Shown here piece by piece: positions 9,459 to 19,236 of a stretch of DNA of 62,507 nucleotides (positions are counted from its first letter, which is position 1; each line of letters starts with the position of its first letter). The notes below the pieces were generated by a model, which was given only the letters and a program-made list of their open reading frames with translations, ran no database searches and had not been told where the DNA came from. The stretch comes from Bacteroidales bacterium (lineage in GTDB: Bacteria; Bacteroidota; Bacteroidia; Bacteroidales; UBA12077), in contig JANQHR010000088.1 in NCBI GenBank assembly GCA_028282585.1, forward strand, positions 1 through 62,507, read 5' to 3'. A program made the translations under genes and the position numbers.

Positions 9459-12400
9459 TTAATTTTTATTAAATATTTTAATTCTTAACCCATCAAATAC
9501 ATAATAAACACAAGGAATAACAACCAATGTTAGAAGGGTAGAAGTTACCAACCCTGCTATTACAGCAATAGCCATTGGCGAGCGTAAAGCGGCACTTTCA
9601 CCGATTCCAAATGTTAATGGCAATAAGGCTAAGATTGTTGTTAAACTCGTCATCATGATAGGGCGAATTCTGTTTTCACCTGCATTTATTATTGATTCTT
9701 TTAAAGACAAACCTTGTGCTTTAAATTGGTTTATTGCATCGACCAGAATAATAGAATCATTAACCGCAATACCGGCAAGCATGATAATTCCGATATATGC
9801 CATAATGCTTAATGACTTTCCAAGAATTAGGAATGCCCAAATTGCACCAACTCCTGCCAATGGAATGGTTAATAAAATGGTAAATGGATGTATCATCGAC
9901 TCAAATTGCGATGCCATTACCATATAAACTAATATAATTGATAGAATTAGAGCAAAGCTTAAACTTGACATAGCTTCCTGGCGTTTTTGCTCTTCGCCCA
10001 CTATACTTATTTGGTATTCTTGAGGAATATCAATGCTGGCAATCTGTTCTCTCACACTCTCCACGGCCTGGCCAAAAGGCACAGAACGGTCTATATCTGC
10101 CATTACTTTTCCAATCCTGTTCTGGTTTCTACGGAATAGCTGCTTTGGCGAGGTAGATTTCTCTATAGTTGCCAACTCATATAATGGAACATTGTTATTT
10201 CCATTTTTAAGGGTAATCGAATTGAATTCTGACAAGCTCAGCTCAGGCAATTTAACTGTAATATCATTCATCTCGCCATCTTTCTCGTACTTACCGGCAT
10301 CTTTACCCATTAATAAGTCTTTGAGCTGGTTTATGATATCTTCAACACTCATATTGTAAATGCCTGCCTTATAGCGGTCTATTACAACATCAATTTCCGG
10401 CGCACCTTCTTCAATGTTTGTTTTAATATTAAGAAGTGCAGGAATTTCCTGAAGTTTAGCTTTTATTTCTGATGATACCTGCTCTAAAATTTCCAGGTCT
10501 TTTCCTTTTACTTCCACCACAAGAGGAGCATCATCAGTACCCATTGTTGATTGCAATGCTGTTTCATCTCTTATGATTGAGACTTCTGCATCAGGTATTG
10601 TGCCCATTAATTCTTCAACTGAAGATATGATATATTGTGATTGCCCTAAATAATCATCCTTTAAATGGATTTTTATGGTAGCTGTATTTTCATTTTGGAA
10701 AACCGATTTTTCATTGGTTGAAGTACTTGAAGGGCCAATCTGGCTATAAACTATATTTAGTTTGTCACCTAGCATATCATTTAACATCGCTTCAATATTA
10801 GCAACTGCCCCGGATGTTCTTTCAAGTTCAGTACCTTCTTTTAGTTTTATTTCGATACTAAATTCACCAGCTCCACTTTTCGGAAGGTATTCTGAACCTA
10901 CATAAGGAAATATATAAACTGTTAATGCCAACAATAAAGTAGCAAAAACAATTACAAGCCCTTTTTTATCAAGGATTTTAGATAAAAAATTACCATACCA
11001 CCCTATTCGGACTGACTTGATTTTATCTTCTTTTTTGTATTTTCTGTATGCGAAATTGAACAGCATTGGAATAACCAGAATAGCAACAAATAGGGACGCT
11101 AACAATGAAAATGCAACAGTCCAGGCCTGGTCTTTGAATAGTGCTCCGGAAGCTCCGTGCAAATAAACTATTGGCAAGAACACAACAATTGTGGTTAAAG
11201 TTGAAGCGACAATAGCACCGCCAACTTCCGCTGTTCCATGTATTGCAGCTTCGCGAACAGACATTCCCTGTTCCATATTCCGGAAAATATTTTCCATTAC
11301 CACAATTGCATTGTCAACCAGCATACCTGCCCCCAGCGCAAGCCCACCAAGAGTCATGATATTTAATGTGAGCCCATTAAAATACATTAAGTTGAATGTG
11401 GCAATTACTGAAATAGGTATTGCAAAACTGATAATCGCAGTTACCTTTAACCTTCTTAAGAAAATGAAAAGTACAAATACAGCTATTAAAATTCCTATTA
11501 ATGCAGTTTCTTGCACCTCATCAATAGCAGTTTGTATAAATTCTCCCTGGTTTTGTACAATTATAAATTCATAGCCAGGCAATGCCTTTTTGATAGATTC
11601 AAATGATTCTATCAAATCATCAACCGCTTTAACTGTATTATAACCAGTTTCTTTATAGATAGAAAGCCCAACACAGCGTTCGCCATTTATTCTTACAACA
11701 TTCTGAGGGTCCTTATTGGTAAAACTAACCTTAGCAACATCTTTTAAGAAAATAGGGGTTTTTAAAACTGCATCCTGGTTTTGGGTCCCATTTACCAGCT
11801 TATAGCTTAAAACTATATTCTCTATATCTTCAACTCTGCCCACAAGGCTGGAACCTTTGATGATATATTTTTTCCCCATTTCAACAATTGTACCTCCGGA
11901 AACATTTCTATTCATATTTTGGATTTCCTGTACAATTTGCCCAGTTGTTAAGCCATAAGCATCTAATTTGTATTGCTCGGTTTCAATCAACACTTCTTTT
12001 TCTTCAGTACCGGTAAGTGATACATCTGCAATGCCCTCTAACCTAATCAGTTCATTTCGAATATAATTTTCACCAACTTTCCTTAACTCGTCCATATCGG
12101 TAATCTCTGGGTGTTTCATCCCAATGATCATAACCGGTGTAGCATTAGGGTCATGTTGTGTTATGGTGAATTCTTCAATATCTGAGTTTTGGCTATATGC
12201 TGTCAATGCTTTTTGAAGGTCTAAAAAGGCTTCATCCATATCAGTTCCCCAGCTATATTCTACTGTTACCCTGGCAGAACCAACCATACATACTGAAGAG
12301 ACCTGTGATACGCCTTTTTGGCGAATGGATTGTGCTTCTATGTCTTCAATAAACTGTTTTTCTAATTCTTCCGGTGGGCGTTCCCCTGCTTTAATTTCGA

Positions 12401-12542
12401 CAAATATTCGTGGGGCGTTCATATCAGGGAATAAGTCAACGCTTAACCTTCCGAATGAAATGTATCCCAAAAGAATAATTGCAATAACAATCATCGAAAC
12501 CGTTACAGGGTTATTAACCGAAAATTGTGTAATTTTTTTCAT
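9459..12542 (-). CDS. AcrB/AcrD/AcrF-family RND permease
   Basis: GMLVDNAIVVMENI, GIAVNDSIILVD, RIRPIMMT; start moved to MKKITQF at 12542. Confidence 0.93.
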   Translation of the reverse strand: MKKITQFSVNNPVTVSMIVIAIILLGYISFGRLSVDLFPDMNAPRIFVEIKAGERPPEELEKQFIEDIEAQSIRQKGVSQVSSVCMVGSARVTVEYSWGTDMDEAFLDLQKALTAYSQNSDIEEFTITQHDPNATPVMIIGMKHPEITDMDELRKVGENYIRNELIRLEGIADVSLTGTEEKEVLIETEQYKLDAYGLTTGQIVQEIQNMNRNVSGGTIVEMGKKYIIKGSSLVGRVEDIENIVLSYKLVNGTQNQDAVLKTPIFLKDVAKVSFTNKDPQNVVRINGERCVGLSIYKETGYNTVKAVDDLIESFESIKKALPGYEFIIVQNQGEFIQTAIDEVQETALIGILIAVFVLFIFLRRLKVTAIISFAIPISVIATFNLMYFNGLTLNIMTLGGLALGAGMLVDNAIVVMENIFRNMEQGMSVREAAIHGTAEVGGAIVASTLTTIVVFLPIVYLHGASGALFKDQAWTVAFSLLASLFVAILVIPMLFNFAYRKYKKEDKIKSVRIGWYGNFLSKILDKKGLVIVFATLLLALTVYIFPYVGSEYLPKSGAGEFSIEIKLKEGTELERTSGAVANIEAMLNDMLGDKLNIVYSQIGPSSTSTNEKSVFQNENTATIKIHLKDDYLGQSQYIISSVEELMGTIPDAEVSIIRDETALQSTMGTDDAPLVVEVKGKDLEILEQVSSEIKAKLQEIPALLNIKTNIEEGAPEIDVVIDRYKAGIYNMSVEDIINQLKDLLMGKDAGKYEKDGEMNDITVKLPELSLSEFNSITLKNGNNNVPLYELATIEKSTSPKQLFRRNQNRIGKVMADIDRSVPFGQAVESVREQIASIDIPQEYQISIVGEEQKRQEAMSSLSFALILSIILVYMVMASQFESMIHPFTILLTIPLAGVGAIWAFLILGKSLSIMAYIGIIMLAGIAVNDSIILVDAINQFKAQGLSLKESIINAGENRIRPIMMTSLTTILALLPLTFGIGESAALRSPMAIAVIAGLVTSTLLTLVVIPCVYYVFDGLRIKIFNKN

Positions 12543-12553
12543 ATGTTCAATTT

Positions 12554-12586
12554 TTCTCGCAAAGCCGCATAGCCGCAAAAGCTCTT
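12554..12586. repeat. Solo copy of the GxxExxY-1 3' flank
   Basis: ttctcgcaaagccgcatagccgcaaaagctct resembles 8980-9010. Confidence 0.65.
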
Positions 12587-12642
12587 ATTTAAAATAATAT
12601 ATGAGTTAAATATTTGCATTCTTCCGGCTTTCATATTTATAA

Positions 12643-12675
12643 AACTTTGAACTTTAAACTCATAACTAAAAAACT
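12643..12675. repeat. AACTnnn heptamer tandem repeat
   Basis: aactttg aacttta aactcat aactaaa; inverted atgagtt at 12601. Confidence 0.55.
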
Positions 12676-13723
12676 ATTTAATAACTTTAACTTTAGAGCG
12701 GTTACGAAGTGTTTCAAACCCTTTTATAACTAGGCGGTCGTTCTTTTCTAAACCTGAAATTATTTGCACTTCATCCGGATTTTCTAATCCAAATGTAACA
12801 ATACGTTCTTGTGCAAGCCCTTTGTCAACAACAAAAACAGTATTTCCTCTTTGCTTTGAAAGAATTACATCTTTAGGAATTACAATTGTACTGTCGACTG
12901 ATGCAACTATTATTTCTCCTTTTGCAAACATTCCAGGGCGTAATAGTAAACCAGAATTAGAAACATCTATAACTGTTTTAAATGACCTGGTATCTGCATC
13001 AATTGCAGGAGATATCTGTGCTACTTTACCAACCAAAGTGTCTTCAGGAATAGTGTAATTGGTAATATTTACTTTTTGGCCAACCTTTACAAAACTTAAG
13101 TCTTTTTCTGCAAGGCTAATTTCTATGTAAAGTTTACTGTAATCCATAAGCTTGAACATTAATGAATTAGCAGTAATTCTTGTTCCCGGAGTATAATAAG
13201 GTAAATCTACAATGACACCAGAAAAAGGAGCTTTAATATGCATTTTATCGAGCTTTATTAAAGCGTCTTTGTAGCTATAATCAGCATTTATATAATTAAC
13301 CTCAGCATTTTTTAATTCGCTGAGTGTAACACCGCCTTTTTCATATAATGATTGTTGTTTTTCAAAAGTCTGTTTGGTAATTTCAAGGTTCAATTTCAAT
13401 GAACTAATCTTGATGTTGTTTTCATATTCTTTATCTTCCAACTTAATAATCTCATCGCCTTCGTTTACTTTATCACCTAATTTGTATTTTTTGCCGGTAG
13501 CAGGATTTGTTATGAGGTTGTATTCACCTGCTATTTCAGATTTTTGGCTAATTTCTTTAATAGGATTAACAGTACCTGTTGTTTCAATAAATTTCTTAAT
13601 TGATTGAAGTTTCAAGTCTTGAACTGAAACAGGGACAGATATATCTTTATTTAAGCCCTTTTCTTCGTTATTACACGATGCAAACACGATGATTGCAACT
13701 AAGATTGTAACTATTTTTCTCAT
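12674..13723 (-). CDS. RND periplasmic adaptor (MFP), lipoprotein
   Basis: Lipobox VFASC, IKAPFSGVI, ISPAIDADTRSF, LRPGMF; start moved to MRKIV at 13723. Confidence 0.92.
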   Translation of the reverse strand: MRKIVTILVAIIVFASCNNEEKGLNKDISVPVSVQDLKLQSIKKFIETTGTVNPIKEISQKSEIAGEYNLITNPATGKKYKLGDKVNEGDEIIKLEDKEYENNIKISSLKLNLEITKQTFEKQQSLYEKGGVTLSELKNAEVNYINADYSYKDALIKLDKMHIKAPFSGVIVDLPYYTPGTRITANSLMFKLMDYSKLYIEISLAEKDLSFVKVGQKVNITNYTIPEDTLVGKVAQISPAIDADTRSFKTVIDVSNSGLLLRPGMFAKGEIIVASVDSTIVIPKDVILSKQRGNTVFVVDKGLAQERIVTFGLENPDEVQIISGLEKNDRLVIKGFETLRNRSKVKVIK

Positions 13724-13755
13724 TGTGTATTTAGTTTTTATTGTTTTCTTTTTTT

Positions 13756-13803
13756 GAACGCCGATGCTACGGATCAATATATTGAGCGCGGATAACCGCT
13801 GAT
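13756..13803. repeat. ACGCGGAT-type repeat, 3' flank of GxxExxY-2
   Basis: gaacgccgatgctacggat..gcgcggataaccgctgat; inverted relative to 14210-14251. Confidence 0.7.
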
Positions 13804-13804
13804 T

Positions 13805-14206
13805 TTAATTATTTATCGCTTTTATATTTTTTCTTTTATTTTCAAATACTTTTCTTACAAATTCAGGCTTTTTGCCAAAATTTAGAAGTAAACCAACTTC
13901 TTTGTTAGTTGCTCGTAAGTAGTTTAATAATTGCCATTCAAACTCTTCAACAATATATTCTGTAGCTTTTAGTTCAAGAATTATCAAATCATTTACAACC
14001 AAATCTGCATAATATTCGCCTACTTCGATTCCCTTGTAGTGTACTTTTATTTGTTTTTGAGCTTCCACATCGAAGCCTTGATTTTTGAGTTCTAAATACA
14101 GTGAATTTTGATATACTTTTTCAAGAAACCCATATCCTAATTCATTGTAAACATTGTAAAATGTTTTAAGGATTTTATCTGTTAGTTCTTTATGCAGTAA
14201 TTCCAT
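13805..14206 (-). CDS. GxxExxY protein (PD-(D/E)XK nuclease-like)
   Basis: LGYGFLEKVYQN, YYADLVVNDLIILELK, QLLNYL, GLLLNFG. Confidence 0.92.
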   Translation of the reverse strand: MELLHKELTDKILKTFYNVYNELGYGFLEKVYQNSLYLELKNQGFDVEAQKQIKVHYKGIEVGEYYADLVVNDLIILELKATEYIVEEFEWQLLNYLRATNKEVGLLLNFGKKPEFVRKVFENKRKNIKAINN

Positions 14207-14209
14207 TTT

Positions 14210-14251
14210 ATCCGTTTTATCAGCGTTTGAAAATCCGTCTTATCGGCGTTC
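14210..14251. repeat. ATCCGCGT-type repeat, 5' flank of GxxExxY-2
   Basis: atccgttttatcagcgtttgaaaatccgtcttatcggcgttc. Confidence 0.7.
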
Positions 14252-14253
14252 CA

Positions 14254-15777
14254 TTAATTCGTACCGGATGGCCTAATATTGTTCTGTAATTCCTGAGGGA
14301 CAAACGACCTGCCATTTTCAAAGTCCCATAGTGATTGTATTTTCATATTTAAAAGTTCTAACCTATAATTTATTAATGCATTAGCCAGGTTCATTTTCTT
14401 TTCTGATAATTGGTTTTGGTACCTTTCCAGGTCGATACTTGTTAAATCTCCATTTTTATACCTTTCCAGGTTAATATCATACGTTAACTGTGCATTTTTT
14501 TCGTTTTGTTCAGCAATTTTTATCTGTGAGCTCAAATTTCGAAGGTTTCTAAATATCTGCCTGATATTTATTACAATGTCATCTTCCAGTGTTTTTAGGT
14601 CTAATTCGCGCGATTCAACTGCAAGTTCTGCAGCGCGGATCCTGGCTTTTCTTTCGCCCCAATCAAAAACCGGGATAGAAAAAGTAACTCCAACTTGAGG
14701 GCTTCGTGTAGGTTTTTCATATACATTAGCAAACTCTTCATTATTTCCCATTATACCGACCGAAAGATCAATATCGCCCCTAAATTCGTTTGTAGCAGAG
14801 GTTTCGATTAAATCAAATTGCGCATTGTTGAGGTCGATTTTTCTCTGAGAAATTTCTAAACGCTGAGACAATCCATTTTCAATTGCCTTTTCCAAATCTA
14901 CAACTACCGGCGTATATTGAATGTCGGTTTCAATTTCTACTTCTTCATACAACGAAACTCCAATTAAACGTTTAAATTCGTCTTTAGAATTTTCCAAATC
15001 AACTTTAGCATTTTCCAGGTTGGCTTGGCTTGTTGCAAAATTCAGCTCACCTTGCAATAATTCTTCTTGTGCAGATAACCCTGCTTCTACTTTACTTTTT
15101 ATTATTTCAAAGCTTACTTTTTGGTTATCATATTCTTCTTGTGCAATTTCAACTGCCATTTGTTTTTGGTAAATGGTATAAAAAGCTTGAGTAACCTGGC
15201 GTTCAATATTCAACATTTGGATCGAATAAGAGAGGGTTGAATTTTCAAGTGCTAACCTTTGCCTGTCAAGGTTTAATTTGGTTCTGTTATATGTGAAAAG
15301 GGGTTGGTTATAACTTAAGTATAAGTTATTGTTAAACCCTTCATATGTATTTGTACTTTTTATTGTGTTGCCGGGGTCAGAGAAGTTATCAAATGTTTCT
15401 GTTGAAGTTGATTTGTACTCAAAATCATTTCTCAGTGAAAGTGTTCCATCTGTCCATCTTATAGGTTGCGAAATAACCAAACCAACATCAGACATGGTAC
15501 TTTCTGAGGTATACCATTGCGAATAATATTCATCGTAGGTTTCACTATTTGAATATTGTATTGGGGTAACGTTCAACGAAAAATGAGATTTTAACATAGC
15601 CAGCTGAGCATTTAAATATTCTCTGTTTTGCTCCATGGTTAACCTGGATTGCTTAATATCCGGGCTATTTTCAAGTGCAATGTTCATGGCATCTTTTAAT
15701 GTTAATACCATTTGCCCTTTGATCATCAAATTACTTATTATTAGCGCGCTTGTTATAAATATTTTTATTCTTAACAT
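14254..15777 (-). CDS. TolC-family outer membrane channel
   Basis: Signal peptide, LTLKDAMNIALENSP, FSIPVFDWG, ERYKNG. Confidence 0.9.
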   Translation of the reverse strand: MLRIKIFITSALIISNLMIKGQMVLTLKDAMNIALENSPDIKQSRLTMEQNREYLNAQLAMLKSHFSLNVTPIQYSNSETYDEYYSQWYTSESTMSDVGLVISQPIRWTDGTLSLRNDFEYKSTSTETFDNFSDPGNTIKSTNTYEGFNNNLYLSYNQPLFTYNRTKLNLDRQRLALENSTLSYSIQMLNIERQVTQAFYTIYQKQMAVEIAQEEYDNQKVSFEIIKSKVEAGLSAQEELLQGELNFATSQANLENAKVDLENSKDEFKRLIGVSLYEEVEIETDIQYTPVVVDLEKAIENGLSQRLEISQRKIDLNNAQFDLIETSATNEFRGDIDLSVGIMGNNEEFANVYEKPTRSPQVGVTFSIPVFDWGERKARIRAAELAVESRELDLKTLEDDIVINIRQIFRNLRNLSSQIKIAEQNEKNAQLTYDINLERYKNGDLTSIDLERYQNQLSEKKMNLANALINYRLELLNMKIQSLWDFENGRSFVPQELQNNIRPSGTN

Positions 15778-15817
15778 ATTTGTGTGTTTACTTATTTTAT
15801 ATTTTATTATTTGTTTT

Positions 15818-15873
15818 AAACACTGACAGGCCTTTCTAACCCAGAATCCAACTCACAGGCTCTGTCAGGTTTT
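15818..15873. repeat. REP-like hairpin (CTGACAG/CTGTCAG)
   Basis: aaacactgacaggcct...aggctctgtcaggttt in the intergenic space. Confidence 0.5.
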
Positions 15874-15877
15874 GCAT

Positions 15878-18800
15878 TTAATCATTTTTAACCCATTTTA
15901 TTGCATCAGAAAAAATCATTTTACTGACTGATTTATTTGTTTGCTCAACCTTTGCGTTTTCGGGAGAGATGTAAAAGGTCCCCATATAATTCCAACCAGC
16001 ATCCAGCTCTTCATCTGTCATCGTTATTTCCTCTATGCCATCGTCGTTATGGATTCTGAAATTATAGCTAGGTTTCCTTTTATCGCGGTTCCATTCAATA
16101 TTTATTTTCGCAATATGGCAATACAGGTCGTAATACCCTGCTTCATCCAATTCTGGCACCCACTCTGTGAACCTTTCATTTTCTCCTGACCTGGTATACA
16201 TCGCGGACCGGATGTATTTACCATAAAACCCACTTCTTAAGACAGGTTTCCAAACAGGTGGCGGATTCCAAAAATGAAGCCCCGAATATTTGTACCTGTC
16301 TTTTTTGTTTTTATTGATTAATACTTTTAAATAGCTTTCATTTGATTCCTGGGTAACTTTAAAATTTGGGTCTTCGTTATCGACAATAAACTCATTATGG
16401 TTGGCTAAATCTGTAAATAGAGGATAGCTTTTAAAACCATCAAAAACAGGAACTTTTTTAAGATCATCAAAGCCGGAAAACTCATAAATCAGGTTATTCG
16501 GAAGGTTTTCTGATATATTAGTAAAAATATTCATGCGTGTAGGCTCTGTTGGAAACAATACTCCTATCTCTAAAGCCGATTTGGCAGGTACAAATATTTT
16601 TCTCGAATAATCAGGTTGTTCCGGGCTATCATCCGAAAAGCTTCGGGTATTGCTTTTATCATCCAAATCGATGGTCATAGTTATAATACCATCAATTTCT
16701 TCCGGGTTGGCTATTTTATACCTTACCTGGTATTTGGTATATTCTCCATCCAACACTTTATAAGTTTCCAAATCTTTTATTAAAAAACCAGGCATATCCG
16801 TTGTAGCGTACCAATCTTCTATTTCACCCCCAATCGGGTCATTGAAAGTTTGGGATAACTTATTTTCTAATTCATTAAAGGAAAATGATTGGTGATAATT
16901 TGAAGCAATTAATTGATTAATGATTTCATTAAAATTCTCGTCTCCGTACCTTGCCCTAAACAATGAAAATAGATAATCTCCTTTCGCCAGTATAAGGTCG
17001 TTTAGCGTTAATTGCTCATCGTCATCATCCAGGCTTTCATCTTTCTCAATACCAGTCTTAATAAGTTCTTCCAAGCTGGATTTCATTAGTTCCAGGTTTA
17101 TTTTTTCACCATCACTAATGCCTCTCCAAAACCACCGGGATGATGAAACATTATTTACGTTTCTTTCTCTTAAATATACTTCTAAAGCTAAATTTAGAAT
17201 TGGATAATTTTCGGATTCTATTTGTGTAATATGGCTAAAATAATGTGGTATTAAACTATAGGTATATTTGTCAACTACATTTTCGAATTGGTACCATTCT
17301 GTTGGAGGTGCCATTAAATTGCCTCTTATAAACCGTTTGAAAATACGGCATTGCAATTCTTCGGGAGAAACTTCTTCGTTGTTTTCTTTCATACGTTCTT
17401 CGAAACGGTTCTTACGTTTTACAAAGTCTGTTTCCTCCATAATTACACCTTTTTCAGGGTATAAAATCATTTCAGGCTGAACAACGTCACTTGTAACAGA
17501 CCAGATATGCTTATCCAGGGCAAAATGGATTGGAATTTCGACAAATGAAAAACGGTTAAATCCGTATTTTAGATTTAATAAAGTTTCATATTCATCTCGA
17601 AGCTCACGAATGATTGCCGGCATGGTATCCTTAAATTCGGTGAAATGTTTCATATAGAAATCATTGCCCTTTTTTGAATATATGCTGTATTCAACAGAAT
17701 CAACAGTAATTGAATAATTGTCATACTCTGCAATTGCCAGGCTTATTTTAGGCAATGGGTAGTCATTAATAAACGTATATAATCCATCTTCCTGATTGGT
17801 TACATTTCCTTGAGAAACAGCAACTAATTCAGGGCTGGTTTGAACGGTTAGTTCAAACCGGGTGAAATCTTCTTTATAATACGCCGGCTTATTTGGGGCA
17901 TATGTTACTCCGGCTTTAGGGTACCATAAGGATTCGCTGGTTAAACATACAAAATCACTCTGAAGGTAAGCAAAGCGCTTTCTCACTTTAAATATATCCA
18001 ATGCAAAATTGTCTTCGTATTGCTCTGGTTTTTGATCTAAGAAGCATATGTTTTCGTTTACCTGCCCTTTGTAATTTATTTTGATTTTTAGTTTTTGGTT
18101 AGGCCTTAGCCCTTGCTTGTAGTTTATCTTGATTAAATGCTTTTCTCTTTCAAATTGAAATGGTTTTGAATCAATAGTTACTTCGGAGATTTTTAAACCA
18201 GGGTTTAAGCTAAATAATATTGTGCTTAGAGTTCGATTGTTATCATTGGTAACATTTAACAAACAATTTACTTTTATTTCTGATTCCAGGTGCTCCAGTT
18301 TAATTTGACAAGTTTCTACATAAACTGTTGGTTCGCCAGAGTATTGATTGTTAATAGCAATAAACTCTTCCTTTTGCTTTAGTACGCCTTTTTTTAAGTT
18401 AACATATTCAAATCCCAAATAAACTCCCAGTAAAATGAATATTACAGACATTAATAGGGGGAGGGCGCCTTTGGTTTTGGTTTGAGGAAGCCGGTTTAAT
18501 TTAAATACCGTAATGAATATTAACCCGATACCAAAAGAGAAATAAATTGCCCTGTGAACCACAACTTCTGTAAGGTTTCCAAAACCTCCAATCATTGAGT
18601 TCATCATAGGTACTTTATAGGCTATGTAATCAAAAAGGTGATAAAGTTTATCATTTAAATAAAATATGGTAACAGCAATATACCCTAACAATATTATAAA
18701 TGTAATTGCCTGGTTTTTAAGAACAGTCATTAAGAAAAATGATAATCCTAGAATAAATACAAGGGTCGGAATACTTATTAAAAGAGGGTAGAGGAAAAAT

Positions 18801-19234
18801 TCCCCAATTCCTTTGGAAGAATCGGCGCTAAGGAATGAAAACCCGATACCCATGATTAACAGGATCAGGTTTAAAATTATAAATACTGATAATATGCCTA
18901 AGGTTTTTCCTAAAATGTATTGCCCGTTGGTCATTGAGCGGGCATAAATTACCTCAACCGTATCATTTTTCCGGTCTTGTTTTAAAAACTCTGAAGCAAG
19001 AAAAACGGCAACAATAGCTTGCCCTAAATTTAGGATAATGAGGTTTGCATATGGAATTGCTGCGGGCAATGCCCTGTATAACCATGGTGCACCGCTTGAT
19101 TCAACAAATACTGCAACATTAAAAATACCTAAACCAACAATATAAAGCCCTGCAAAAATTCTAAAGAACCAACTTCGAAGCAAGGTTTTCATTTCGAATT
19201 TAGAAACAATTCTTATGGTTTGAATAGAACTCAT
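15878..19234 (-). CDS. ABC-2 permease fused to an M1-aminopeptidase-like scaffold (no HExxH) and a golvesin/xanthan-lyase-C-terminal-like beta domain
   Basis: About 7 TM in the first ~275 aa (DRKNDTVEVIYARSM); FSLNPGL, WYP, VAVSQG M1-like segments; C-terminal IVDNED..GYYDLY..GWNYMGTF..DAIKWVK. Confidence 0.72.
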   Translation of the reverse strand: MSSIQTIRIVSKFEMKTLLRSWFFRIFAGLYIVGLGIFNVAVFVESSGAPWLYRALPAAIPYANLIILNLGQAIVAVFLASEFLKQDRKNDTVEVIYARSMTNGQYILGKTLGILSVFIILNLILLIMGIGFSFLSADSSKGIGEFFLYPLLISIPTLVFILGLSFFLMTVLKNQAITFIILLGYIAVTIFYLNDKLYHLFDYIAYKVPMMNSMIGGFGNLTEVVVHRAIYFSFGIGLIFITVFKLNRLPQTKTKGALPLLMSVIFILLGVYLGFEYVNLKKGVLKQKEEFIAINNQYSGEPTVYVETCQIKLEHLESEIKVNCLLNVTNDNNRTLSTILFSLNPGLKISEVTIDSKPFQFEREKHLIKINYKQGLRPNQKLKIKINYKGQVNENICFLDQKPEQYEDNFALDIFKVRKRFAYLQSDFVCLTSESLWYPKAGVTYAPNKPAYYKEDFTRFELTVQTSPELVAVSQGNVTNQEDGLYTFINDYPLPKISLAIAEYDNYSITVDSVEYSIYSKKGNDFYMKHFTEFKDTMPAIIRELRDEYETLLNLKYGFNRFSFVEIPIHFALDKHIWSVTSDVVQPEMILYPEKGVIMEETDFVKRKNRFEERMKENNEEVSPEELQCRIFKRFIRGNLMAPPTEWYQFENVVDKYTYSLIPHYFSHITQIESENYPILNLALEVYLRERNVNNVSSSRWFWRGISDGEKINLELMKSSLEELIKTGIEKDESLDDDDEQLTLNDLILAKGDYLFSLFRARYGDENFNEIINQLIASNYHQSFSFNELENKLSQTFNDPIGGEIEDWYATTDMPGFLIKDLETYKVLDGEYTKYQVRYKIANPEEIDGIITMTIDLDDKSNTRSFSDDSPEQPDYSRKIFVPAKSALEIGVLFPTEPTRMNIFTNISENLPNNLIYEFSGFDDLKKVPVFDGFKSYPLFTDLANHNEFIVDNEDPNFKVTQESNESYLKVLINKNKKDRYKYSGLHFWNPPPVWKPVLRSGFYGKYIRSAMYTRSGENERFTEWVPELDEAGYYDLYCHIAKINIEWNRDKRKPSYNFRIHNDDGIEEITMTDEELDAGWNYMGTFYISPENAKVEQTNKSVSKMIFSDAIKWVKND

Positions 19235-19236
19235 AA

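Noticed and set aside
9391-13777. N-terminal extensions in the ORF track for GxxExxY-1, the RND and the MFP
   Set aside because: They run through repeat DNA; downstream ATGs at 9390, 12542 and 13723 fit family N-termini
15878-19234. Active aminopeptidase or xanthan lyase
   Set aside because: No HExxH; only the accessory C-terminal domain resembles xanthan-lyase-associated modules
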